Shown here: positions 8,415 to 16,661 of the stretch, piece after piece | How the letters are laid out: each line of letters begins with the position of its first letter | Position numbering within the stretch: the stretch's first letter is position 1 | Virus record (IMG/VR): IMGVR_UViG_3300005934_000012 | Coordinates: 1 to 36,901 of that record | Strand: one strand, 5' to 3' | Source: a virus | Lineage: Duplodnaviria > Caudoviricetes | DNA length: 36,901 bases | Notes under the pieces: generated by a model | The model's input: only the letters and a program-made list of their open reading frames with translations | The model's database searches: none | Told to the model about the DNA's origin: nothing | Translations under genes and position numbers: made by a program

Positions 8415-9512
8415 CTAGTTTTGATTGATAATTACAATTATATCTTCAGCATCATTTCCAGTAATAATTCCTTGATAACCGGGAGTTGTTGTATCTAATG
8501 TGAAATTACCACCTGCAGCAAATTCAATTTCTATTACACCATTTACATTTCTATATAGAACAAGATTACCATCACGTAAAAATACATTAAATTGTGATTC
8601 ATCATTTAAGCCTCTTGTTGCACCTTTAATATCAAATTCGCCTAATGTATCAAATAAATCTGCCGAATCTACGACAGAAAGAAAATCTAATAAAAATTCG
8701 ACATCTAATTCATCAATATCTAATTCACTAAATTCTTCTAATTCATCTTCTGCAAGTTCATCTTCTTCTAATTCATTAAATTCTAAGAAATCTATATCCA
8801 ATAAACCTTGATCTTCGTCTTGTTCGTCCTGTAATTCTTCCTCTATTCTTTGTTTTACTTCAGGAGGTGGATTAACAATAAACATATTATCAATTAAAGC
8901 TGGTGTAATACCATTAATGACTGTCGATGTTGTTGGTGGTGTATCGGTTGTTGTAACCATTGTTGCAGCGTATGCTTGATCAAGTGTTACTGTACCACCA
9001 TTATTTGAAACTTCTATTACACCAGATGGATTGCCTTTATCATCAGGTAGAAGTATAACCAATGAACGTCCAAGTTCATCGATTGTTGTTGTAAAATCTG
9101 TACCACGAACTGCAATAGTAGCAGTTGGTGTTTGTATGTTTATATTTGCTTTATTAACTAATCCTAATTTACCTGATGCGAAACGTGCAGTTCCCATTGC
9201 CATTTTTAAAGACATTTTAGATAATGATGGATCTGGATCGTAATAAATCTCGTCTATTAAAACGAGAGAATGTTCTTTTAATTGTAATTCTGCTTCATCT
9301 AAAAATTCGATGAGCATACGACCTTTTGCTGTTTGTGCTTGATCGTATAATTCTATTTTGTCTGTTTGAATTGTTTCTTTATCGCGTAAAACTGATGTTA
9401 CGCCCGTAGATTCTCTTACATCGCCAATGGGATTAGCATAGCTAACCCCACTGATGAGTAAAAGACTAAGAGTCGCTGCCGCTGTCTTTTTGATTGATTG
9501 TAATAATTGCAT
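8415..9512 (-). CDS. periplasmic FecR-domain protein with acidic linker
   Basis: Signal peptide (..SYA/NP), FecR pattern with IQTPTATIAVRGTDF, long D/E-rich segment. Confidence 0.85.
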   Translation of the reverse strand: MQLLQSIKKTAAATLSLLLISGVSYANPIGDVRESTGVTSVLRDKETIQTDKIELYDQAQTAKGRMLIEFLDEAELQLKEHSLVLIDEIYYDPDPSLSKMSLKMAMGTARFASGKLGLVNKANINIQTPTATIAVRGTDFTTTIDELGRSLVILLPDDKGNPSGVIEVSNNGGTVTLDQAYAATMVTTTDTPPTTSTVINGITPALIDNMFIVNPPPEVKQRIEEELQDEQDEDQGLLDIDFLEFNELEEDELAEDELEEFSELDIDELDVEFLLDFLSVVDSADLFDTLGEFDIKGATRGLNDESQFNVFLRDGNLVLYRNVNGVIEIEFAAGGNFTLDTTTPGYQGIITGNDAEDIIVIINQN

Positions 9513-10212
9513 TATCCGATGTTACGTCTAATACGATATTAGCATTTGGTGATGTACAACCAACACCAGCACCTGTTGCACAAGTACCAGAAATTTGATT
9601 AATATCAATATCAGCACTATCACCTACTAAAGTAAGCTCTAAATTTTGAGCTCCGTCATTCTGTAATGTATTAATATTATTTGAATCACCTGTAATATCA
9701 AAATTCCAAACGTTATCATCAGATTCAAAATCTAAATCAAATATGTTTGAACTACCAATCAAGATTAAATCAGCATCTAATCTCTCTGCACTAACTGAAT
9801 AACCCTGATCTAAATCAAATGTGTTACTGTCTCCAGTTACATCAAAATTTATATTTGAGCTATCTGAACTGCCAATATAACCGATATTCCAATCGATTTC
9901 GTTTGAATCACCTGTAAAATCAAGCTTATAATAAGAACTATCAGATACAACTGGTCCAAATAAAATGTTTTGATTACCAGTAAAATCTAAATCGAAATCT
10001 AAACTCGAACCAGTAATACTCATTGAAGTACCTGAGCCGCTTGAAAAATCGTCTCCTCCAATTTTGTTACCGAAACCAATTTGATCGATATACAATTCTA
10101 GTGTATCACCAGATTGTGTGATTTTAATTTCGTTGTCATCAGTGGCTTGTGCGAAAAGTGAAGATGTCGACACTAAAACTCCTGCAAGGAGTATACTATA
10201 TAGTTTATTCAT
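9466..10212 (-). CDS. secreted curlin-like beta-solenoid protein
   Basis: Signal peptide; repeats IDQIGFGNKI, LDFTGNQNIL, LDFTGDSNEI, FDVTGDSNTF, LILIGSSNIF, FDITGDSNNI. Confidence 0.75.
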   Translation of the reverse strand: MNKLYSILLAGVLVSTSSLFAQATDDNEIKITQSGDTLELYIDQIGFGNKIGGDDFSSGSGTSMSITGSSLDFDLDFTGNQNILFGPVVSDSSYYKLDFTGDSNEIDWNIGYIGSSDSSNINFDVTGDSNTFDLDQGYSVSAERLDADLILIGSSNIFDLDFESDDNVWNFDITGDSNNINTLQNDGAQNLELTLVGDSADIDINQISGTCATGAGVGCTSPNANIVLDVTSDNAIITINQKDSGSDS

Positions 10213-11206
10213 TTTCGTTTATTTCCTCTGTTAACGGATGTTTCGCATTCGCACCGTTGTTTTGATGCGGATGGCGATGTCCATCCTCAATAATCCAATA
10301 ACCACGATCGTGGCCTTGGTACACTAATTCCAGTACTCCTGCTTCAATAGCGGTTCGTACTGCGTATGTCACAGACTCATTATTTCCCACACCGTCCTCA
10401 TATTCCAACAATGTGGTGCTTTGATCGACGAATCGAAAAATATCACCACTTCCACCATAACTAAGAATTGTCTTCTTAGCTTGAACGTTTAATAATACTT
10501 CTCCTGTTAAAACTGAAACAGCTCTAATGGAGACGGTTACAACATCTTGTTGATATCGTTTACTCTTACCAATACCCAGTAATCGTGCGCCTCGACCACC
10601 TGTTTGAATATTAGTATCGTATCCAATAATTCCACCTTCAATAATCATACCAGCGAATAAGAGTGGATTTAATGGTTGCGGACCACCGTCGCCCGCAAAC
10701 TCTTGTCTTGCACTTCTGATAATCTGACGTTCTCTTACTAGATTATCAATTCCTTGTCTTTCTACTACTCTAAACCATGTACCACCACCTGCAGTTTTTA
10801 ATGCATCGATCAACATTTCAGTTCCGCCTTGAGTAACTGCAGTTGAAAAATCAGCAATACCTGGTCTTGATTTTCTTTGTCCTGTTTTATCAATAAAGTT
10901 ATATACCGCAACAATTGGTCTTTCTTTTGCTGCAGGTAAATTTAATAATTCTACGTATGATGGTAGTCTTACAACTTCTGCTTCTTCTACACAAATATAA
11001 CTATGATTTATTGTTTTATCTAATAGTGCTTTTGTATTAGGAATAGTAGAACTATCAAAAACAACTTCGTGTTCTATTAAACCTTTTTCGTAATCAGATT
11101 CTTGAAAAGTAATTTCTTTGCACTCTTTTGGCTCTGCAGACCAAATAGGAGTCGATGATTCATTCATCAACCCTAAAATAAGTAATAATCCTAATACAGC
11201 TTCCAT
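10205..11206 (-). CDS. csgG: curli secretion channel CsgG
   Basis: VAVYNFIDKTGQRK, FSTAVTQGG, WFRVVERQGIDNLVRERQIIRS, EGGIIGYDTN, TGEVLLNV..KKTILS. Confidence 0.93.
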   Translation of the reverse strand: MEAVLGLLLILGLMNESSTPIWSAEPKECKEITFQESDYEKGLIEHEVVFDSSTIPNTKALLDKTINHSYICVEEAEVVRLPSYVELLNLPAAKERPIVAVYNFIDKTGQRKSRPGIADFSTAVTQGGTEMLIDALKTAGGGTWFRVVERQGIDNLVRERQIIRSARQEFAGDGGPQPLNPLLFAGMIIEGGIIGYDTNIQTGGRGARLLGIGKSKRYQQDVVTVSIRAVSVLTGEVLLNVQAKKTILSYGGSGDIFRFVDQSTTLLEYEDGVGNNESVTYAVRTAIEAGVLELVYQGHDRGYWIIEDGHRHPHQNNGANAKHPLTEEINENE

Positions 11207-11728
11207 TTAGCCACCATCCGGATCTTGGCCAAAGTTACCAGAACCGATTGGAATTTCTAAAACAGTTGTTGTTCCATCGTCCATAACTATAGTCATTTTA
11301 ATATATTCTGTGCCATCTTCGTTTGTAATAACTTCATAGGTAACTGTGTTACCTTCTAATACAAATGATCCAAATCTAACTGCATTATCATTACTAAACA
11401 TTGATTCAACTAGCTGTTTTGATAGTTGAGCATAAATTCTGCTCTCTAAGTTTCGAATGAACTTAGCCATTGTAGTATTTTCTGCTTCTCTTTCAGCTGC
11501 TTTACGTGCAGCTTCCATAGCATCTTTAATTGCTTTCTTTCTGCTATGTTCCTGATTCTCAATCGTTAAATAATGAGCACCAGTACCTATTCCACTAAAT
11601 GATGGATTTTTAAATTCATGTACAATATCTGCTGCAGCCACGTTTGGTGATACCGCTAAAATACTAACCATGAAAATAGTAATTAATGTAGCAATTTCGA
11701 AATTTTCTTTACACTTCTGTTTCTTCAT
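11207..11728 (-). CDS. csgF: curli assembly component CsgF
   Basis: Signal peptide then HEFKNPSFSG (cf. CsgF FxFxNPxFGG), F..NLESRIYAQLS; directly upstream of csgG. Confidence 0.85.
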   Translation of the reverse strand: MKKQKCKENFEIATLITIFMVSILAVSPNVAAADIVHEFKNPSFSGIGTGAHYLTIENQEHSRKKAIKDAMEAARKAAEREAENTTMAKFIRNLESRIYAQLSKQLVESMFSNDNAVRFGSFVLEGNTVTYEVITNEDGTEYIKMTIVMDDGTTTVLEIPIGSGNFGQDPDGG

Positions 11729-11984
11729 TTTCTTTTAATAATTCCTGTCTTTCACGATATTCTAAAACTACCTTAATTTTTTCTTGTAATCTTATCATAT
11801 CTTGATCTAGCATTCTCACTTGATCAATTAATCTAATAAGAGACATATGCATCTCTTCAATTTTTGGATCCAATTCTTTATTTACAAATTGCCATACAAA
11901 ATATACAAAATAACCTAAACCAACTATAGCAACGGTTGTAAATCCATATTCGGCAATTAAAACAACAGGATTAATTGAATCCAT
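11709..11984 (-). CDS. small single-TM + coiled-coil protein
   Basis: YGFTTVAIVGLGYFVYFVW then heptad-like LIRLIDQVRMLDQDMIRLQEKI. Confidence 0.75.
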   Translation of the reverse strand: MDSINPVVLIAEYGFTTVAIVGLGYFVYFVWQFVNKELDPKIEEMHMSLIRLIDQVRMLDQDMIRLQEKIKVVLEYRERQELLKENEETEV

Positions 11985-11985
11985 A

Positions 11986-12282
11986 TTAATCCCTTCTGAC
12001 GTCTATTTTACCGTCTTCTACAAAATTCTCTGATCGTGCCACTCGGTCAATCGGTGGCGTCAAATCCAATGCGCTTGAAACTAATAAATCAATCTTTACA
12101 ATTTCGTTGTTCATAGTTCTTGCACGTGTTTCTAAACTCTTAGTAAATATATTAAGAGTATTTATTTGATCTATAATACCAGAAAATAATTGTTTTATAA
12201 TTACAAATATAAAAATACCACTCGCCATTGCACCGGCGATTGGTAAACCCACCTCTGATATTAAATCAAATATTTCACCCAT
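11986..12282 (-). CDS. small single-TM + coiled-coil protein
   Basis: VGLPIAGAMASGIFIFVII then helical tail. Confidence 0.75.
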   Translation of the reverse strand: MGEIFDLISEVGLPIAGAMASGIFIFVIIKQLFSGIIDQINTLNIFTKSLETRARTMNNEIVKIDLLVSSALDLTPPIDRVARSENFVEDGKIDVRRD

Positions 12283-12285
12283 TTA

Positions 12286-12543
12286 TTAATGTGATTTAGC
12301 TATTTTTACAGCTAAAATACCAGTAGCTGCTGCTTGCAACTTCTCGTGTGGCCACTTTTTAATGACTTCAACACTATTAGGTAGTATGCTTAATGTACCT
12401 ACAGTTGCATCACTAGCGTCTGTTACAGTTACAACAATAGCTGCCGCAGTAGTATTATAACATCTTACTAAATGTGCAGCATCAAAATCTGTTGAAGCTA
12501 AATGTGCTAAAGCTGTTTCTGAGCCCATTACATCAATTGCCAT
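12286..12543 (-). CDS. small beta-rich protein, possibly virion-associated
   Basis: 85 aa, SD GGAG, Ala/Thr/Val-rich. Confidence 0.7.
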   Translation of the reverse strand: MAIDVMGSETALAHLASTDFDAAHLVRCYNTTAAAIVVTVTDASDATVGTLSILPNSVEVIKKWPHEKLQAAATGILAVKIAKSH

Positions 12544-12724
12544 ATTTATTCTCCATTTCTTCTTTTGTTAAATTCCAATCTGAATGTCTAAAAAATCCTT
12601 GTTTTTCATGACACCAGAACCAACCTCTATCTTCGCCTTGATCTTCGTTAGTGTGATAATATCTTACACTGCCTCGAGTCTCGACATAAGTCTTTCTGCT
12701 CTGTTCGTTACTTGTCTGTACCAT
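12533..12724 (-). CDS. hypothetical protein overlapping lysozyme 3' end (start 12724 or 12760)
   Basis: Fills the gap between lysozyme and next gene with GWFWCHEKQGFFRHSDW; the plausible ATG starts lie inside lysozyme. Confidence 0.5.
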   Translation of the reverse strand: MVQTSNEQSRKTYVETRGSVRYYHTNEDQGEDRGWFWCHEKQGFFRHSDWNLTKEEMENKYGN

Positions 12725-13134
12725 CGTGAATCTCTGCCTTCTATAGCAGCCTCCTTCCAATCTCCTTCGAGAATTGCTGCATGCATTTTTTTAAATTTAC
12801 TTAATCTGGTCCTACCCATATTAAACATCATGTTGACCAATATCTGCTGGACTTCGTCGGGTAAAGCACTAAATCGCCCGTCTTCGTATAGCTTATTACA
12901 TTCTTCGATGGCGATATCGAGATCACGTTCGAAGCATTCTTTGACTCGCTCTTCGGAAACCACAGTGCCAACTTCAGATCCATATTCCGGATCAGAGTCG
13001 AGTACCAAGTGTCCCACCCCAAAAGTAGGATATCCCAGATGGTCTTTATATATTGCATAAACCACTCCTTCGTCCACTTTTAACTGTTCAAAAACAGCAT
13101 CTCTATCTAATGTTGTATCTTTTCTAAAAAACAT
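12664..13134 (-). CDS. e: T4-type lysozyme (GH24 endolysin)
   Basis: Catalytic E-x8-D-x5-T in DEGVVYAIYKDHLGYPTFGVGHL; LVNMMFNMG; SRWYRQVTNRAERL; SD AAGGA before 13134. Confidence 0.92.
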   Translation of the reverse strand: MFFRKDTTLDRDAVFEQLKVDEGVVYAIYKDHLGYPTFGVGHLVLDSDPEYGSEVGTVVSEERVKECFERDLDIAIEECNKLYEDGRFSALPDEVQQILVNMMFNMGRTRLSKFKKMHAAILEGDWKEAAIEGRDSRWYRQVTNRAERLMSRLEAV

Positions 13135-13186
13135 TATTTTATCCTTTTTAATTTTGTTCCAAAATACCTTATCAATATCTTCTGTA

Positions 13187-14038
13187 TTAAGAGATAAAGT
13201 ACCTCGTGTAAGTTTTGACATACTTAATTTCTCCAGTAGTCCCCTTTACAGTAAATCCATACTGCATAATATTATCTGTGATATCACCATTATGTATAAA
13301 GGATATACTATTGGCATCGCAAAATTCTTTTACTAGATTTTGAGGAGCCTGAAAGTATATATCATAATGTTCGTCTATGTTTTCATCTTTATCATGAATC
13401 ATTGCTACATATAAGTTAACATCACCATCATTATGATCAACTCTACGTTCAGTATCGAGATTCCATAACCAATCTGGTAAAAATGGAATAACCATATCAT
13501 CTCTTTTATTTGCTAAAAATCCTGGCCAATTATAAACTGCCTTACATAAAACAGCCTTTGTAACTTTATCAAATTTTAATCCCCACCATTCTCTAAAATG
13601 ATCTGAGTTACTTGATAATCCAAAATCTGATACAATACTTGAAGGCATGGCATCGAAACAATACCATGAAATACTATCATTAACATAAGGTTCTCTATCA
13701 GCACCATATTCTGATACTAAGTTTAATGGATTAGATTCATAATCAGAAACTTCATCAGCCCAATCTGCTTCGAGTTTGGCTTTAATTTCCTGACCTTGTG
13801 TTGATCCTATTGAGTAATCGCTTCTTCCTAAAACACCACCCATATATACATCATCTCTCATATTATTCGTATTTAATACAATATTTTGAGTTGCAAAATG
13901 ACTTTGTAAATATCTTTGAGCTCTTTGCATAAGCAATCGATCGGGATTACCTTTTCTAGGAATATAATGCGTAACTCCAGCGTAATCGGAATCTATTACG
14001 ATTGCTTGATTTTCTTCTAATGTATATGTAATTGCCAT
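13187..14038 (-). CDS. hypothetical protein, possible fibre/adhesin partner
   Basis: 283 aa, SD AGGA, directly downstream of fibre-like gene. Confidence 0.75.
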   Translation of the reverse strand: MAITYTLEENQAIVIDSDYAGVTHYIPRKGNPDRLLMQRAQRYLQSHFATQNIVLNTNNMRDDVYMGGVLGRSDYSIGSTQGQEIKAKLEADWADEVSDYESNPLNLVSEYGADREPYVNDSISWYCFDAMPSSIVSDFGLSSNSDHFREWWGLKFDKVTKAVLCKAVYNWPGFLANKRDDMVIPFLPDWLWNLDTERRVDHNDGDVNLYVAMIHDKDENIDEHYDIYFQAPQNLVKEFCDANSISFIHNGDITDNIMQYGFTVKGTTGEIKYVKTYTRYFIS

Positions 14039-14044
14039 AATTTC

Positions 14045-15571
14045 CTATTCTATAAATTGTATTGTATGTGTTCCATTAGTTGATGGTGTTGTACTTGTTC
14101 CAAAGTAATTTGCAAAAGTTTTACTACCAGTAGCTGTTACATTTGCAGCAGTCCATGTCATAAAGAGTCTAATAAAACTTCCTTGGTCTGACTGTGATAC
14201 TGAAGCATCAGATACATCAACTGAGAAGAATGGTGTTCCGCTTGTATCTGTGCCATCATATACATCTATTCTACTAAAATTATCATTTGCAACATAAGCT
14301 GTTGTGGCCTCATTAGTTAAAACATCTAAAGTAACTTTAAAATCTACAAAGTTTGCTGGTATAGATGATGTATTTGAATAGTTGGTGTAAACATCCTGTA
14401 TTGTAACATCACTAGTAGTAAATCCTAAGAATGTATTAGATGGAACAAAATCATCATCACCGAATACTGCAGCCGAATCTGTAGGGAATGAAAGACTCCT
14501 AATTCCTGAGTTTGCTGTATTTGTTGTATAGATTGTAAATGTATTATAATCTGGTAACATTGTAGTACTATGTAATACTGTCTCAAGTGCTACTCTTGTT
14601 TTTCCATAAAAATCACTGAATTTTATTTCACCACTTGTTGGAATTCCTGTTGTGGCATGATATATATCATCTTTATAATAATCACTAAATTCGATTGGAT
14701 CCGTATCTGTGCCTGCTGACATTTCTTCTGAAATTCCTGTGTTTAATGTTGTACTAGCACTTGATGTAATTTTAAATGTTTTACTACCTGTTGTTCCAAT
14801 TGCTGTTAAGTCTGAATCAGTAACTTCAGCTGCAGACCATAACCAGGTTCTATAATAATGTGTACCAGATGAAACATTACTATCATTTGAGGAAGTAGCT
14901 GATTGTATTTTGGTATCTGCTGCCGCGGTTCTTAAAAATTCTTGTCCATTAATGATTACACTATAAAAAGAATCATTAGTATTTGGTGGATAGTCACTAG
15001 TATTTTTCAATGATAACATTATCCAGTTACCTTCCGCCTGTGTATCTAATACTGTTCCATTAGGATAACTATTTGAGGAATTATTAAACCAACCAAAGTG
15101 ATGAACTTCTAAAGTTCCTACACTACCTCCTCCAGTATATGATTGAGTTCCTATACTTCCTAATGAATTTTCATCTACGCCTAAAGTAATTCCTACAACG
15201 CCTGCAGATGTCCACCATGTTCCTGTTCCACCAGGAGTACTACCAAACCAATCTTCATTAACTAAGAATCCTGAGCCTAAGACTTGTGATCCATTTAACG
15301 CAGGATTAGTATCATCAAATCCTCTAGCCACTCTAGTGGTACCACTATATTCAGTTGTTTGTGCTGTTTTAAATCCATATACAGTTCCACTTAAAGTGGT
15401 CTCTATGGTATAAAAAACATCTGATCCTTCTTGTTCACGTACAAATCCTACTACACTACATGATGTACTTGCTGATGTAATTGTTGTGTCTAAATATGTA
15501 GGTTGACCTGTTGGATTAGTGTCACCCGCACCTTTTAATTTTATTTCACTTCCTGATGATACTAATGTCAT
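14045..15571 (-). CDS. virion fibre/adhesin-like structural protein
   Basis: Thr/Ser/Gly-rich; MTLVSSG..I, PIEFSDYY and GIPTSGEIKFSDFYGK motifs; in late-promoter unit. Confidence 0.65.
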   Translation of the reverse strand: MTLVSSGSEIKLKGAGDTNPTGQPTYLDTTITSASTSCSVVGFVREQEGSDVFYTIETTLSGTVYGFKTAQTTEYSGTTRVARGFDDTNPALNGSQVLGSGFLVNEDWFGSTPGGTGTWWTSAGVVGITLGVDENSLGSIGTQSYTGGGSVGTLEVHHFGWFNNSSNSYPNGTVLDTQAEGNWIMLSLKNTSDYPPNTNDSFYSVIINGQEFLRTAAADTKIQSATSSNDSNVSSGTHYYRTWLWSAAEVTDSDLTAIGTTGSKTFKITSSASTTLNTGISEEMSAGTDTDPIEFSDYYKDDIYHATTGIPTSGEIKFSDFYGKTRVALETVLHSTTMLPDYNTFTIYTTNTANSGIRSLSFPTDSAAVFGDDDFVPSNTFLGFTTSDVTIQDVYTNYSNTSSIPANFVDFKVTLDVLTNEATTAYVANDNFSRIDVYDGTDTSGTPFFSVDVSDASVSQSDQGSFIRLFMTWTAANVTATGSKTFANYFGTSTTPSTNGTHTIQFIE

Positions 15572-15837
15572 TACTTAACTATCCCCGATATTAAATCTTC
15601 GAATTGTTCTACTTTGGCAACTCTATTCGGCCAATAAATATATTCTTTTTCAGGATTTTTCTTTAAATTTGAGAGCAATGGGAGAATAGAATTATATAAC
15701 TTATTTAGCTTATCTTCTAATTCTTGTGAAGTTGCTGCAGCTGTAGTAGCTTCAGTTTTAACGGATTGTACTGCTTCTAATTCGTCTTCATCGACTGCAG
15801 TAAATCCGAAATCAAAATTTAATAAATCATCGCTCAT
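15571..15837 (-). CDS. conserved hypothetical late protein
   Basis: FDFGFTAVDEDEL ... NLKKNPEKEYIYWPNR; SD AGGAG. Confidence 0.8.
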   Translation of the reverse strand: MSDDLLNFDFGFTAVDEDELEAVQSVKTEATTAAATSQELEDKLNKLYNSILPLLSNLKKNPEKEYIYWPNRVAKVEQFEDLISGIVK

Positions 15838-15857
15838 AATTTCTCCTGTAATACTAT

Positions 15858-15889
15858 TATTTATACAGTATTTTCAGATACTATTTATA
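15858..15889 (-). promoter_or_regulatory. tandem T4-type late promoters
   Basis: TATAAATA at 15858-15865 and 15882-15889, intergenic. Confidence 0.8.
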
Positions 15890-15907
15890 AAAAAAGAAAT
15901 TTATGAG
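15881..15907. repeat. 27-nt imperfect direct repeat, copy 1
   Basis: ctatttataaaaaaagaaatttatgag vs 16525-16551; 2 mismatches. Confidence 0.85.
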
Positions 15908-15914
15908 GACTCTT

Positions 15915-16520
15915 CTATTTAATTCTTTTCGTGCTTCCCTTTAAATCAACTAAATATGCAAACATTTCAATTGAAGGAAACTCTTTTTTTAAATCAAGTA
16001 ATGCAGTTAAGTTTTCTTTGTGATCATCGAATAATCTTATTCTTGCATACTCACCAGTTTTTAAATATTTTCTAAATATTATTTGTTTATTTTCTGCACT
16101 TGAACCACTCATATTACCAGCTCTTTCAACATATATATTCTTCATTGGTATACCATGTGATTCAAATGTTTTTATAAAAAGTTTTTTATCATCCATATCT
16201 GCCCTTGCAGTTACAATGATAACCTTTGAACCTTTGGCTGTAGCATTCTTAATAATTGCTTTAGCCTTTTCTATCATGCGACCGATTGGTGTAGCCGTTT
16301 GATAAAATATTTTTGCTGATTTAAACTCACCATAATCATACTCTTCATTTGGTTTTAACTTATATGTGTTAAACTCTTGAGGAGTTAGGGCTTTTGTTTT
16401 TTTAGTATTTGTATTCTTTACTAGTACACGAGCTTTTGAAACAAATAAAGTATCATCTATATCAAATATAGTTAATCCTTTACCTGCCTTTTCTATTAAA
16501 AACTCGTTAAACTTTTTCAT
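15915..16520 (-). CDS. HAD-superfamily phosphatase with capsid-targeting-like N-terminus
   Basis: IFDIDDTL, IVTAR, K, LFDDHKENL; begins MKKFNEFLIE; late promoter 5 nt upstream. Confidence 0.8.
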   Translation of the reverse strand: MKKFNEFLIEKAGKGLTIFDIDDTLFVSKARVLVKNTNTKKTKALTPQEFNTYKLKPNEEYDYGEFKSAKIFYQTATPIGRMIEKAKAIIKNATAKGSKVIIVTARADMDDKKLFIKTFESHGIPMKNIYVERAGNMSGSSAENKQIIFRKYLKTGEYARIRLFDDHKENLTALLDLKKEFPSIEMFAYLVDLKGSTKRIK

Positions 16521-16524
16521 AATT

Positions 16525-16551
16525 CTATTTATAAAAAAATAAAGTTATGAG
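16525..16551. repeat. 27-nt imperfect direct repeat, copy 2, containing late promoter TATAAATA (16526-16533)
   Basis: ctatttataaaaaaataaagttatgag. Confidence 0.85.
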
Positions 16552-16661
16552 TCTTCGTTTTTCTGATCTTTTAGTTGTTTTAAAAGCTCTATGAGCTCTT
16601 CTATTGTATTGACATCTTGACTATTTTCAGTATCAATTTCTACGTTTATATTAACTTTCAT
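16545..16661 (-). CDS. 38-aa hypothetical protein
   Basis: MKVNINVEIDTENSQDVNTIEELIELLKQLKDQKNEDS; ATGA overlap with upstream stop. Confidence 0.65.
   Translation of the reverse strand: MKVNINVEIDTENSQDVNTIEELIELLKQLKDQKNEDS

Noticed and set aside
13135-13221. N-terminal extension of lysozyme as SAR/export signal
   Set aside because: Hydrophilic, overlaps upstream gene, and a good SD precedes ATG 13134
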